Of a stretch of DNA of 64,000 nt, positions 44,801-59,800 are shown piece after piece. The first letter of the stretch is position 1. Each line of letters begins with the position of its first letter. The position numbers and the translations under genes were made by a program. A model generated the notes under the pieces. It did no database searches. It was given only the letters and a program-made list of their open reading frames with translations, and was not told the origin of the DNA. Origin of the DNA: Raillietiella orientalis (Eukaryota); assembly GCA_036172245.1 (NCBI GenBank), contig JAYWIR010000037.1, positions 1,736,001-1,800,000 on the forward strand, read 5' to 3'.

Positions 44801-47800
44801 AGTTTTGTGGCCCACCTTCCAAAGGGCGTCTTAATATGGCTCCTCCCTGCCCTCCAATTGCTACAATTCCCAACTGTTTCCCAGGAATCGTATTTGAACA
44901 TGTTGCAGAATCATCAAGCAGCTAAAGAAACAAAACAACCATTTTTCATCTGCTGCAGAAATCTTATAATTCTTATAAAGTTTCTTGTCTTCCAAAAGAT
45001 TCTTAAATTGAGATCCCTGCAATTATGAATCAAGCACATGTTTTACATGGAGATGCCATGCACTTTCAACAAAAAAAAAATGATCAATAATTTGTAATTA
45101 GCATCATTCTGGATCTCTGATTTGAGAACATTCTTTAGTTTCTGATTTTTGACAAATACTAGTGTTTCCAATCAAATTGAGAAGTAAACAAAGAAACACC
45201 AAGAAAAAGTACAAGAATGCTCAAAAACAGCATCAAAGTATACTTCAATATTATTCCAAATCTTTAAAATTTGGCTTCAAAAGCATTGAGTAACTACATT
45301 CAATACACTTGCGTGTGTGGAGTTAACACAGTACAATGAGAAAAATACAAAATCATGTTTCACATTAAACAATGTCATCATTTTCGCTATTTAGTTTTGA
45401 ACTAAAATTACATTATATGCAAAGAGTTTGCATATTTGATTTCATTGTTTCGAAGTTATAATCACGGTTAAAACTTTTAGAAAATTAATCATAAATTCAT
45501 TAAGGAAACTCGCTTAAAACTGAACAAGTATTAATTCTCTGATGACTTTCCATGTTACCTTACATTTAAATAAGATGAAAATAAAGAAATCTAATGTACA
45601 CGCAGGAGGAAAACTAATTATTGTCAGCAAACACAAAATTATAGCTACTTTCCTATATGTTCATGCAGATGTAAATGAACCATTTTAGTAATGCAAACTC
45701 TGAGCTGCAAATGCACATATCTTGAGGTGCTGGAGAACAAGCATAAAGAACACGCCTATCAAACTTTACCTTCACCATAATTTTTCAATCAAAAATAACT
45801 TGGTATAATGAAATAATTGGGTTAGCATGCACAAAATGAAACAGAAAACATGGATTGTTACCATGCATAAAATGATGATTTGAAGAAGTGTGGAAAATAT
45901 CGAAAAATATGGAAGGTTTTCGCATCCTTTCAGTTGCCCATAAGTCAATAATAACAGGATTGGAATGAATCATTGTGCCCATATCATACACCATGCCCCT
46001 TTGACATGATTTGAAGTCTCGTCCTACTTTACACTAGATAAAATCTTTGATTTGGTAAAACAACTTCACATTACTTTCTGCTTTGTCGGATTTCCTTTTG
46101 GTTCTAGCACAAAGTGACTCCGGAAGACATGCTGATATAGTATCTTCTGCCTCACTACTATTTTTTTTGGATGATGAAGGCATACAAAATTGTTCAGTTT
46201 CAAACATAACATTCGATTGACAATGTTTTTCTTGACAGCCCACAGCATTACAAAATGCATGAGCTACACTATTGTTGACATCAACATCGGAATTCCCTTC
46301 AGAATGCCATCCAACAGGTGACAATGGCGACAAAAGATGACCAATTCGCTTAAGACCTCGAGACACCAGTTTCTGTTTCTTTTTTAGGTTCTGTTGGTCA
46401 CACACTTCAGTATGACTCTGAAGCTGACTATCAAATCCTTCATTCGGTGATGGAATTGTATTAGTTTCCACAACAGTATTAGATTTATGACAGGAATATG
46501 CTGCTTCCTGAGATGCATTTTCCAGGTCAGTCAAGTGAGGATCATTAGAAGTAGAGGCTGTTAGCATGATTAATTTATCTGTTAATGCCAAAGTCTCTGA
46601 ATCCTCCAAGGATGCATCTAATAGCTTATCCACTGATGCCATGTCAACTCTATCTTCTGTGGCTTCTTCTGCCTATTCAATCAATGTATTACTTAAGATA
46701 TTACTACAATTTTCCTAATTGAGAAAGGAATAAAACTTTTCCTTCACTGGTGACAAGCTACAATTGTTGCAAATTCACAAAATATTCATTTTAAAACAAA
46801 TGCTATTTACAATAAACATCCTAGGAAAAATTCTAATGTACAATACACAAAGAAACCCACCATTTCAGAAGATTTGCTCTGTTCGTCATCTCTGTAATTT
46901 GCATCCATGGGAACCCTTCTTGAACGAGAAGATCTCACATATGGATCAGCTGAACCATACAAATCCACAGGAATCACGCTGATAAGGCACACACGCTGAA
47001 CTATGTCAATTACCACTAATCCTTGTTCACTTCCATATGCTAATCTGGAATTGAAAAGTCTTTAACATTTAATTGCAATAATAATTTCATGATCTAACAT
47101 CTAGTGCAACACATGCACGTACGACAACCGTGAAAACTACTACTCACAATCCATACAAAGAATTCAGTGTAAGTGCTGTAACTGGGATTGGCTGCTGACC
47201 AAGAATGAGTGGCATGCAACAAAGAAGTTCCACCTGATAACCTGGAGCCATTCTAAGATGTCCTTGTTTCGTTTTCAGGAGACGAATTTTTTCCTAGACA
47301 AACAAACGAAGCCTTGTGCAATTCACATCCTTATTTTTGTAACACAATTTAAATCTCAAATTGATTCATATTAAATTACCAGTATCACCGGGTTTGTTTT
47401 AATTATTTATTATTACCTGTGTGACATCATTTTCACTTGAATTACCAATGTTTTTTGAAGATGAAGGCTCTGGAGAACAACTAGAACTTTCTGCAATTCC
47501 TATATCCAATAAAGGTACTTCTAAAACCTAATTGACTCATCATTAAAATAGAACTCATGATGAATACTTTCTACCCGTATCTCTTGAAAAGTCTCGTGAT
47601 TTTTGAATTTGAAGAGTATAACATCCATAGCTGCATTGGCAAGGCAAAATAATCGGCTTTCTGGACAGAGAAACAATAACTGGATTGCCAATAATTCCTC
47701 ATCATGAGACTCCACAGATTTATGTTTCACGACTTCGAATAATTTGGCTGTTCTAAATTTATACAAAAATTGCAAATGTGTTGCAGAAGCATCCCAAAAC

Positions 47801-50800
47801 TTGACGGTACCATTAGTATGACTGACAGAAGATATGTATAAGATATATATAAGAATTCAATAGTCACCCAGTGATTATGATTTCTGAATAACTGCTAGAA
47901 GAATTACCCCACTGGCCCCCACTAATAGGCCATTCACGTTCACTAAAAGTACCTCTGCTTTTACTTTTAGAGCCAACAGAATAATAAGCAGGAACAATAT
48001 CTGCTGGGCATTCAGCAAGATATAAACACGCTGTAACTGATGAATCATTGATATCAATTGGGTATGGATTCTCAAAACACGGAAATCCGGGAGACAATAA
48101 ATCCACAACCACAATATCATTCATTAAAAGAACCACAACTGCATAAGCATCTGCAGCCTCTAAAACATAGATTTCATCAAATACACAATTATCACAAAAG
48201 GTTTTAGCAACGTAACTTTTCTTTCAAAGTAAAACATTCTAATCAACTAACCATTATTGTCATGGGAAAAACCATTTGAATTTTTATATATAAACTAACA
48301 ATAGAATTATTAAGGTTGCCATGCTGTTTTTATTACTGCCTTCTCATTCATCCAAGATCTAACATGACTTATATTTCAGAAAATACATCTACATTACTCA
48401 AATGATACATAATGAAAAATCCCACCCGTTGCTTTTTTTGCTGAATCTTGTTCAATTTAGCAATCCTTAGATGATCCCTGTTTTATTCATTATTTAAAAG
48501 TTCTTTTGTTCTCTGGAGTATTCCTTGGAATCCGACCACGATTTGCGATTCTTCTTACGATTCTTTATCAAATTTGGGAGTTTTGTGATAATCATACTAT
48601 ATCAAAGATCTTGATGCAGTATAAAATTTACGACCTGTGTTTGCAGCCATTAAAGTCAAATTTTTATGATTCGTAATCACACAATGATACATTTTTAAAA
48701 ATTTTACATTCCTTTCGAGTAATTGGGCGTTCTGTTAATTTTGTTTATTTATACTTTTCTTATTTAAATGTAAATACGTGTCTTCTTATTGTAACAATGT
48801 AATCCAATTGTAAGAATTGCAACAACTCTTAAGACTACGAACTGGTCACCTTCATAAGGTATACGCCTTTGGTTTCAATTTATAAATATTGCTTTATTTT
48901 ACGATCCTAATTTATGTGAAAACACAAAGCAACAAGGATGTATTGCTTTCCTAATGTTTTCATTTTCAGTTTGATCATCACAGCAGCATATATATAGTAC
49001 ACTTTTAAAACAATGCCATGTGAACGATCTATTAAAGCGAAATGCTAAACAATCAATTTATTATTAACTGTGTAAGTTGGTCCATTATTAACAGGCTTTA
49101 CGATGGCTTCTCTGGTTTATTTGTCTCAAATTGTATAATCATTCTTGGCACACTATTTTACCAAAAAGAACAAAATAATAACTGCTTATTATAATGATAA
49201 AAAAGGGTGGAATCTTTTGAAACAGACAAACAAACACAATAAAGCAGCGCTCATAATGGCAAGATAATATACTATTTATAAGTAGAACTTCCAACACTTT
49301 ATAATCCACAATAGAACAGTAAAGACATTCTGAACAGATATGAATTTCTCATTTTGAAAATTCAACCCAAAAGCAAACCTCTGCTGTTGTCTACTTTGTG
49401 AGAAAAAAATCAACAGCCAAACCGAAATTTTAATACTAAAATATTTGAAACATGCATACAATTTACTGATAGCAACAAAAAAATTGATACTTAATATAAA
49501 TTTGGATTCTCAACAATCATAACAATGACATCTAAACAGCATTTTTCACTCACTTCTAATGAAAATAAACAAATCTTTGATATTTTTTTAACAAATTTTT
49601 GATAGAGTATTTACTTACTGATGGTTAGACTAAAAAAATTTACACTACTCTTCATTACTGTACTTTCCTTATTACATTACATTATGTTACAATAATACTG
49701 AAGGATACAAAATGAGAACTCAACAAAGGATATTTTTTAAAAAGATATTTTTCTTGAGAAATCTTTTAAGCCAAAATAGCATTAGAGAAGGAACTAGAAA
49801 CCATCAAAAAATTAGTAAAATGGAACTCGAAATAGGTTAAGGTACAGAAAAATGATAAAAGATATCAAATCCAATTGACATTTGATAATCAATTTCAACA
49901 TTGATAATAATCGCAATTTTTAATAATCCCATTATGGAAAAAAAAATCACACATTTACAACTCAGCACTTGAATTCATAATTGACAACCCACTCCACTGT
50001 CGGAAATTTTACTTTAATATTATAAATCAATGAAAAATGAAATAAATAATGGCTTTCATCGATAGTTCGGCTTCCTTAAATATTCAAAAATAGCTTACAT
50101 AACACCTGTGCATTCAAGCATCATATAGAGGGAATGCTCATTATTAAAACACATAGTGACAAGCTTGTACAAGACTTAATAAAGTTGTTTTCCATTCCTA
50201 TATAACTAAAGAGTAACATGTATAAGTAAATTATTTTTGTGGTAAATGGTCACCATCTTTCTCCTAATAACACTTTAAATGTGAATCTAATTGCACATTC
50301 AAAATTATTAAATTGAAAAGAAACAATCTTTCAAACTGCAACACATGCTTACTTCAGTTTTTATTTGATTCCTCTCTTATAATTCCCATTACTTTGGTTA
50401 AAACATTTGGTTGACTTGATAAAGAATCGAATATTCGAAGATTTAATGTTTTCAATGAAAGCTTTAAGGCCTTACTTTGGCAAAATTTACGAATATACAC
50501 TTGTAAAAATTTCTTTACAACACATATTTACAGCACAAAACCAATTATTACCATTTGGCCATGGTGATTCACATAGGATTATAAAATCTAATACGTTGCT
50601 TTCCATTTCCAATATCGTTGTACATTTTCCATCTATTATGGTAACACTGGAATTTCTGCTTACATTACCATAAGCAAGTCCACCCGAAAAGATCATAAAG
50701 GAATCTCTAAGGAGAAAAAATATTGTAAGTCATTGTCAATGCCCAAGCATATTACAAGAAAGGATTACATCTCAAGAATTTCTTTTATATTTCAAATTTA

Positions 50801-53800
50801 ATATCATAAGCATTTGCAATTCCTATAATAGAAAATAGATTTAGTAGCATGCAATGTGCACACAAATAAAAATCTACAAACAAAAATATCTAAGATTTTC
50901 AATAGCAGGTTTAAATTGCAAGCATGTACTTCACTGCATTATGACCAATTACTCAAATTCTTTGCTTTCCTAAAACATCTTTAAAAAACTACTTGTTTTT
51001 ACATAGTTGAGCAGCTGGGCACATTTATTCAGGATTCGATCAGTTATTTTACATTTCATGCAATACTCCTATTTTGCCTCGATGAATGTATATGTTTCTT
51101 GACTGATACTTGATTATAATGTCATACAACTCAATTATTGGCATCTAAAATCGAACTATACAATTTATGATTTGACCTTTAAGCTAGTGGATCTCCAGAT
51201 TCTTTTTAATCAGATCTTTATTATTATTTTCTAGAATTTAAATTTTAGCTTCATATCCGAAAAAGTTTCTTAATTATTCATAACTGTTGTTTATTTTCAT
51301 TTACATCATATACAAACTTTCAGTTAATTTAACAAAGAACTGACTTCAATTGAATGTTTCAAAAAAATAGCTTCACTGGATAACGTCACACATTACTCTG
51401 AAATTTAAAAACTTTCTAGAAATTTTAATGCTATGATTTTGCATCATTAATTATGAAAGCAGCCAAGGATCATTGGGCGAAAATCATTTTTAAAACTCAC
51501 TCAAAATTTTTTTGCCTACTATTTGAAATCCATGCCAAATATCATTCACCATAAAAGTTCCCTACGACTGCATCTTGATAACCCTCAGATGAGTGAAGAA
51601 CTGTATTGAACAGAGACATACAACATCAGGTCTATTCATCATCACTTGATGAATTCATTACGAATTTCATTTAAATTTTTATTCAGATAATCTGAAATTG
51701 ATGAAGGATCCAAAAGCACTTCAATAAATCCATTTACACATAAAGTACTGTCGCAATATTTTAAGCACAGATTCAAGAATTTTGACTTTTAGTTCAAGTT
51801 TCCAATTTTGTTCAATTTAATGTTTGAACCAATCTATTTTCGATTTGATTTACACACATTAATTCTTGAAACCACAATTTACTCAAAAATCTTTTCTGTT
51901 GTTTTAAATTGTAAAGGTAAACAACAAAACTGATCTTATTTGAAACAATGTCATTTCTGGAGTCTGGGTTTGCATTTGCTTTTTTGTACAGACATGGGTT
52001 CGCAATAAATCATCAGTAATTTTTATAATCGCTTTCAAGTTTTAAATGTCGTCCAAGGACAAGAACACATAGTTCCTGTGAGTTCAAATGCATTTAATCA
52101 AAATAATTGTTTATTATTTGTTAATATCAAACTGGAAATGCTCGTGTTTGAACTCTATCCTACCAGGCTACTGAAACCACAAATCCATGTCATCTTTAAT
52201 AAACCTGTTTTATGATAAAATTAACTGTAACTTTATAATTCTGATATACCAATGTCATCAATGTTGACCATGACTCTTGAGTAAACTCTTAGGTAAATTT
52301 GTAAATTTTTCCTTCGTTTCCTAATCTTTGCTTTAACTTATAACAAAACTTTGCATTCGTAAATCACCCAAGTCAAGTATTTCTGTACTTTAATGAATTA
52401 ACCTTTGAATTATGTTTTCACAGAAAACCTACGGATGCACAAAATAGCCGATTACACGAAAATTCATAAGAAATTAAATTATTTGCAAATGTTTTATTCA
52501 AAGCAATACATACCCGTTTTTGCAATGCTTCCATTGGATTTTTTGAATAGCATGGCACGATTCCAGTTTTCCATTTTTATCCATTTTTGCTGTAAGCAAA
52601 AAATTAACATTTATGCAACACAATCTCAAATTGTCCAATTTTTAGAGAAAAATTTTTTAAGGTTTTATTGTAATCCTGATTACGAAGAATATATTAACAG
52701 ATATGCAAGACATTAAGCTGAAAACCAGCTAGGTTTTTACAAATTATACTATAATGTTCCATTATCCTGTGGGAAAAATGTATTCTCGATAAAGTTTCGA
52801 ACAAAATACACTCATGCAGAACAATTTATACATGATTTAAACAGATTAAAACTTTTTCAATTGTTAAAATTCTATTTGTATTAAAAATTAATTCTAGGAC
52901 GATTCAAATACATCAACGTACTTGACTAATGAATGTACTATTGTCAGGTACTTAGAATTCAACAGTATTCCATGTAAAAAATTATACTAAAAAATTCATT
53001 ACATGTATATCAAAAACCCACAATAAATCCGTAGATTTCAATATTTCTCAATATTTAAATTTTGATGACCAGGATTCCTGAAATTCCGATGTTAAGTGTC
53101 CATAAAATGTAGTATAAAAATTAAATCTTTCCATTTAATGATTAAATACGTTTTAAAGTATTATTGCGCTTCTATTATTTATCATTGTGGTTTGTTTAAC
53201 TTTATTTCAAACTTGAAGGGTCAAAATTAACTTGGATTCCTTAAATATAAGAAAATGAGCTTTTCATAAGCTTTAAACTATACTTAGAAAGTTTCCGACT
53301 GAGATATTATCTATTATAAATTTTAATGGCATGTGAATCCAAAGCACACGTGGGATTTGAAAAAATCCCAATTTCCACATTTCTTATATAAAGTTTTTTA
53401 ATTATTGATTTCAATAATTGATCCTATCGTTTCTTCGTATCAACATCTATATTTTGGGGTCATGCTTAATAAAAAATTGCTTAATATGTCTAAAACATTA
53501 CCATATACAATCTAAGCTCTTCTTACAAAAACATATTACTGTGATTTTGTAAATACTTTCTGCTTTGCATCAGTGACAAGCAATAACATTAAATATTCTG
53601 TTACAGACAAAGAATTCATGAATGCTCTCCATGAAAATCTGTCACAAAGGCTTGGTATGTCAGACAAGGATCAAGTGACTAAACATTCTCGCAACTCTCG
53701 AAATCTGTTCTGTAGAGGGAGATTTCCATCCCTCCAAAGTTTTCTGTACAAAATAACTGAGCAGATGAATGCTGAATCTCGTATGTCATAGCAATCAGAG

Positions 53801-56800
53801 GTCAATCCTTTCAAATTATACATGACTCTTACAAGTAATGGTATGCAAACATACCTTCGACTTTGAAAAGGAAAAAAAAATGGAAAAAAAAAATCAACCG
53901 AATAACATGAGTTCTTGAAACATTTGATGATTGAAAAAGAACTGAAAATAAATAATGCAAATAACTTCTGCATTTTATATAGCTTGAAAATCTATGAATG
54001 CATGTACTAGAAATATTTTAATTGTCAGTCTACTGTATGCAATCCTAGAATTCTATTTTATTGAACACAGACCTTCTTTTATAGATTAAAGATTTCTATT
54101 ATCAAATATAATCTACGTGAATAACACAATCAAACAACCTTAGTGCACTCAAAGCATTTCCAAGGATTAAAAAAATTAATATAAATGTGGGTTTTGGATA
54201 ACATATAAGCAAACATTATTTTAATATTCATGACACTTTTACAAATCTATTGAACAAATTTATCAGATTCTGCTTAAAAAGCATTATTTTTACAGTAATG
54301 AGAAACGAACTTTTACCATGGGGAAATTGTGATGAAACTGGTTTTGAATTTTTCGTATTCCATGTAAGAAGAGAACCATCTTGATGACTTGTCATAAACT
54401 GTTTGCCATCATGATGCCAGGATACGCTCTTCAATTTGTTTATTGAATAAAAACGTTGATCAGCAGTTTTCAAGTGCAAATTCCACAATACAAGTAATCC
54501 ACTTTCAAATCCAATCAACAGCTGTAAACAAAAGATTATATCATTAACAATCATTCATGAGTTTCACGATAAACAAGTAAATATGATTTAAACAGACACA
54601 AATTCATAAAAAACTTTCATGAAATCTTATTTGGGTTAATGTTCAAACAAAAAAATTTTGCTAATTTTTTCCCATTGTTTTATTTTACTAATTTAAAACT
54701 TGTCCTCAAAACTCTCAAATATTGTCTTTTTGGATTATTTACATATCTACATTATTTTTTGCATGTTTGATTCCATATTTTCTTAAATTACAGTGTACAA
54801 TTTATATTCTGCAAACTATTAGAAAATTGAATCCTTATCATAAACTGAGTTCAATAGTAAAAATCCACAATGGGATGACTCAAAATACTATATATGCAAT
54901 AGATCCCCCTCTGCCGATTCTAAATCCAAAAAAACTGCAGCTTCCAAAGGTGGAAAACTTTTTTCTCCAATAAGGTTGCCAACAATGATGAAGGAAACGG
55001 AGTTTTTACGTAGTTGAAACTCCAAATTGAAAAATGGTGGTGATATTTAAAGTGAAACAAGTTAGAACTAATGATTATTTTCAAGAACTATAAGAAATGC
55101 ATGTTTTTTGCAGTTTTGGAGTGATAAACTATGCAGATTTTAAGAAAGAAAAAAAAAAACTGCCACAGAAGAATACATCACCAAAAAAAAAGTCCAAAAG
55201 TTAAAAAGAAAACATAAGAAGAAAGACATTTTAAAATAATTACAATTGTAAAAAAGAATGATCTCAGAAATGAAATGAAAAAGATGGCAACAACTTTAGT
55301 GTCTGTAAAGGAAAACAAATAAAAAAAAGTGCTAAAATCAACTAAGTTTCAAGTTATATTAGCGCAGGATATTTTATCGCAGTTTAAATACTGTCACTGA
55401 TGTGTGATAATATAGCATTAGAGTCCATGGCATTTGCAAATTCAGAATTAAAATGCACTGTGTGAACATGAAATGCTTGTAAAACTTTTAAAGCATTAAA
55501 TGGTAAGCAGCTAGTAAGTAGCACTTTTTGAGTAAATCCTGTAATACCTGAGATGGAACAAACAACAATAAAGAAATTAAAATCCTTAACTTACAGATTT
55601 AAAGAACAATTCAGTTACTTAAAGAATTAAAGTGTAAAGCCAAATACAAAATGGCAACTTGAAAGTCATCTTGTTTGAATCGAGTGTTCCTAAGAATTTG
55701 GTGCAACATAACAAAGAACTGCTCAAAAATTAAAAAATCCAAAAAAACATGAGCAAAAAAAAAAAAACTCCAACAAAAAAAATTGCGTTGCTTTGCAAAT
55801 ACTACTGCTTCAAAAAGCTATTGTAACAAATAGGTCAATATGATATAAAAAATTGAAATTTGACAATGAAATACCTTATTAGAATCTGTTGGACAATCAT
55901 ACAACTGCACCACAGCACCTGGTCGAGACTTTTGTTGTCTGCAAAATTTCATTGCGTAAAAATACAAATACATTACTCTGTGTAAGTCTTAAGTTGATTG
56001 TAAATGACTGATTGTAAATTATTTTAATAACTCTTAATCAATACTGTTTTAAAATTATATATTTCAGAGCACTTCAATGCAACTTTAATTTAATTGACAA
56101 AAGTAAAGTAGTACTAATCATACAACACTATGCAAGTGTATATAAAGCTCATTCTGTCCGATAATTGAAAAATTAAATTAAGAATCATTTTTAAATATTG
56201 AGATAAATTAAAATGATTTGCTTCACGCATGATTAAACAATAGTCAAATTATGTATGCCCACTTAAGTCTAAACTTAATTTGTATAAATACAACTTACAC
56301 ATCAATAGCTTTATTCCAATTGATAACATATCCTGACAAAGATAATGTATCGATGTTGGCAACATGGACATTTCCTTTATCCGAACCAAGATACAGCCAA
56401 TGACTTTGAAATGCAACATGACAAGCAGTAATTCTATTGATACAAAATTACAATAGCAATCTCTAACCAAATAATTCTTCAGCATTTTTTCCTTAAAAAT
56501 TGCATAATAATTATTTGAAATTATGTTTTTATAGGATCGAAACTTCTATGTAAAAATTGTCAACACAAGACTAAAAACAATTAAGAAATATATGTAACCG
56601 AAAATGAATATACAAATCAAATAACATGTGCTGAACACAACAAAAGTTAATTTGTTATTACCTAATGAATTTAATTTCTCATAATGTATGATGCTTACCT
56701 TTCTGTTTGAAACTTCAAGCTACACACAATGAGGGGTAGCTTTTCCTTTAAGTTCCATAAATTCACAGTATCATCTGCACAGATAGTAATCAATAATCCT

Positions 56801-59800
56801 TCATTGATAAGAAAACGAATATCTATAACAGCTGTACAGGAAGCATGTTGAAAGTCTGTGTCTACACCAGGGCGTCCAAAACTATACAATGTTAAAGATT
56901 TGTGTGTTTTCTTTTTTGTTTTTTTTTTTTAAATGAGGGCACTCTCGATTGATTAAATATACTTCAATCAGAGAGCATGGTCCCATTAGAAAATTTAATT
57001 TTCATTCACTACACAGAACAAGGCATCACATTCAATTAAACAAAAAATAATACATAAAAAACAACAGCTTTTGCTGATTCCAATACTTTTCCATCTAGTT
57101 TACTTAAAAGTATTCCCAAATATTTTACTTTAGATTAATTTTGACTAAGAATGTAACAGCATATGTTAAGAAACACACTTGCATTTGGGGCAAATAAACT
57201 CTTAACAAATGTTGCTTAATTTTCTGGGCATTACAGTAAGAGTTTATGAATAAATAAAAATCCAGTTTCCTCATATAAATTATAAGTGCAAACAAAAAGG
57301 TTGAATAAAGTGATTTGACCAAGATAAATAGGTTTCACATGAACTAAGAAATTAAAAGACAACTACTGTACTACCTAAATATTGATTAATATTCTGGAAA
57401 ATTTCAACAATTTTCGATAAATTTTTTTGTAAAAGAATCTGCAAATACCTCAATGGAGAAAAAGCAAATGAAAACCTATGCACACTTTTAACACACATCT
57501 GAGGAAGTTTATGCAATCTAAAAATATGATTAGATGATCAACTAATTAAATGATTTTAACTTGTTTTTCATTAATTGAATTCGGATTAATTTGCAATTCT
57601 TTCTAAGAATGCACAAAGAAACTGATGTTCATATCAAATGTTGATCACCACACAAAAAAACGATCAAATATAAAGAGTAACGAATTTAGTACAAGATTAC
57701 TGCAGAAAATGAGGCAATAAAGAAAACTCCACTACTTTCATATCAAGATGTTCCAAGAAAAAGAACATATAAACAGATGAACAAATATTTTCAAATGAAG
57801 TAACTTTACATAATCACAGGTAAACATAACTAAATTTTTATATTTTTCACCTCTTCCTAAATGCATGTTGTTTAATTAACATTTAGAAAACACATACTAG
57901 TCGCAACTGAAAGAACATCTGAACATCTGAAGAACTGGAAAATTCACACTCATAAAGCCTCTTCTAAAACAAAAACATAAAAGAAGTAAAACTCAAAATG
58001 TTCCAATCTCAACAACAGTACTCATGCTCTCTTTGATTGTAACTTTTAATCTTCAGTCACAGTTCACAGAACAGCCTCAAAAATAAAAAATTTGGAGATT
58101 TATTTAGAATGAGAAGGAAATGCAGAATAAAAGTCCAAGAAACACAATTATACAAATATGAAAACTTATCAAAATATTGGCCATGGACCTTCATATGTTA
58201 CCCATCTAAGAGTTGAACACTTCAAGTTTAGAAGCAATTGTTAGCATTGCAATATCCTGAAATCTTTTTTGTGCCACACACACAAAAAAAATGTGGCTTA
58301 TTCCTTTTGACATATAAAAAGTATTGAGTTTTCTTTCACTGATATAAATACTTTTTATATTGCAAAAAGAACAAACTATGAGGATTTGTGAATGCTTTTA
58401 AAGCTAATGAACAAGAAATTCACTAATGTTCGATTTGTTTAAGTTTAGACATAAACACTACGACTCAATGTTCATTGGCTAATATGGAGCTATTTGTGTA
58501 TTCACGACTCAGAAAGCATGCTCTCTGAACCAAAGAAGAAAATGCACTATTCTACATCATAGTTTTTTTTTAAGACTTTCTATAATACTTAAGGAATTTT
58601 AAACAGCTTTTCTCCTTTAAAAAACAAAATGATTCTGACCCTAATATCAATAATAAATTTTTCATGAGTATCAAATAAAAAAGAAATCATAAAGTTGATA
58701 GCAAAGTTTATGTTCACTTCCATGCTGTAAATTCTGACTCTAACTGTAACATAACTCTTACTAAAGAGGAAAACATCACACGATCATCCTAAGAAAATGA
58801 AAAACATGCTACCTTGGATTACTGTAAATGATCTCAAGACTTCTCAAATTGAACTAGGAATTTTGAGCAACAATTAACTAACAAAATCAATAAAGTTAAA
58901 AATTAAATACAGAACGTAAAGCAATAAGAGTATTTCCAGAACATGACATCTTTCGAAATGTTCACTGGCATGAGAAGATATTTTCTCAAACAATATTTTT
59001 GTTTCTTTTCCTGAATGTCTAAATATGAACCTTATGGGTATAAATAAATAGCAAACCAATTCACAATAAGTACATTATAGTATTACATCATAAGTACCAT
59101 CACATCACAAGTATATTATGCAAATTCTGCGTATTACTGCTTATACTGATCATAGCATGAGCTACGAATATTTACATTGTATCCTTGCATTTCAGACCAT
59201 TCCCCACTACTTTAAGTCTTACTGTGACTTTCAATGTGTTTGAAAGTCACAGTAAAACAGTGATAGAGAATGTATACTTGTGATGACTGTTTTCTTGATT
59301 GCTGTTTTAGAAAGCCATAAACATACATGTCCTTCTAAAAACTTTGAACCAAGGTTACTAAACATGCATAACTTAGACAAGACAAATGAATATTCAATTG
59401 AAATGGAGAAGAAAAAAAAAAATAAGCGTTTGGATCAATTTCATATGGCATTTTATTGAGGAAACCATAATTGTGCAAAACACTAGCTTAAACTTAACTC
59501 CAAAACTAGACAAATTTAAATGAATACATATTGCTTACAAAAATTTGAATGCATAAATACCTACACAATAGATGCAGATAAAAAAGACAATGAAATAATG
59601 CAACAAGAGTTCAAGGGTAAATATCTTGTTGGGCTATTAAAGCAAAGACAGCATTCACCTATGCCAGAAAACATTAGTTGAAAGTAACAAAAACTAAATA
59701 TGAAAACAATCGTCAGGAAGATAAATATGAGGGATTATACACAAATATGTAGTTTTACAGAAAAGTGAGAAAGAATTCAAAATCACAAATTCTTTCAATT

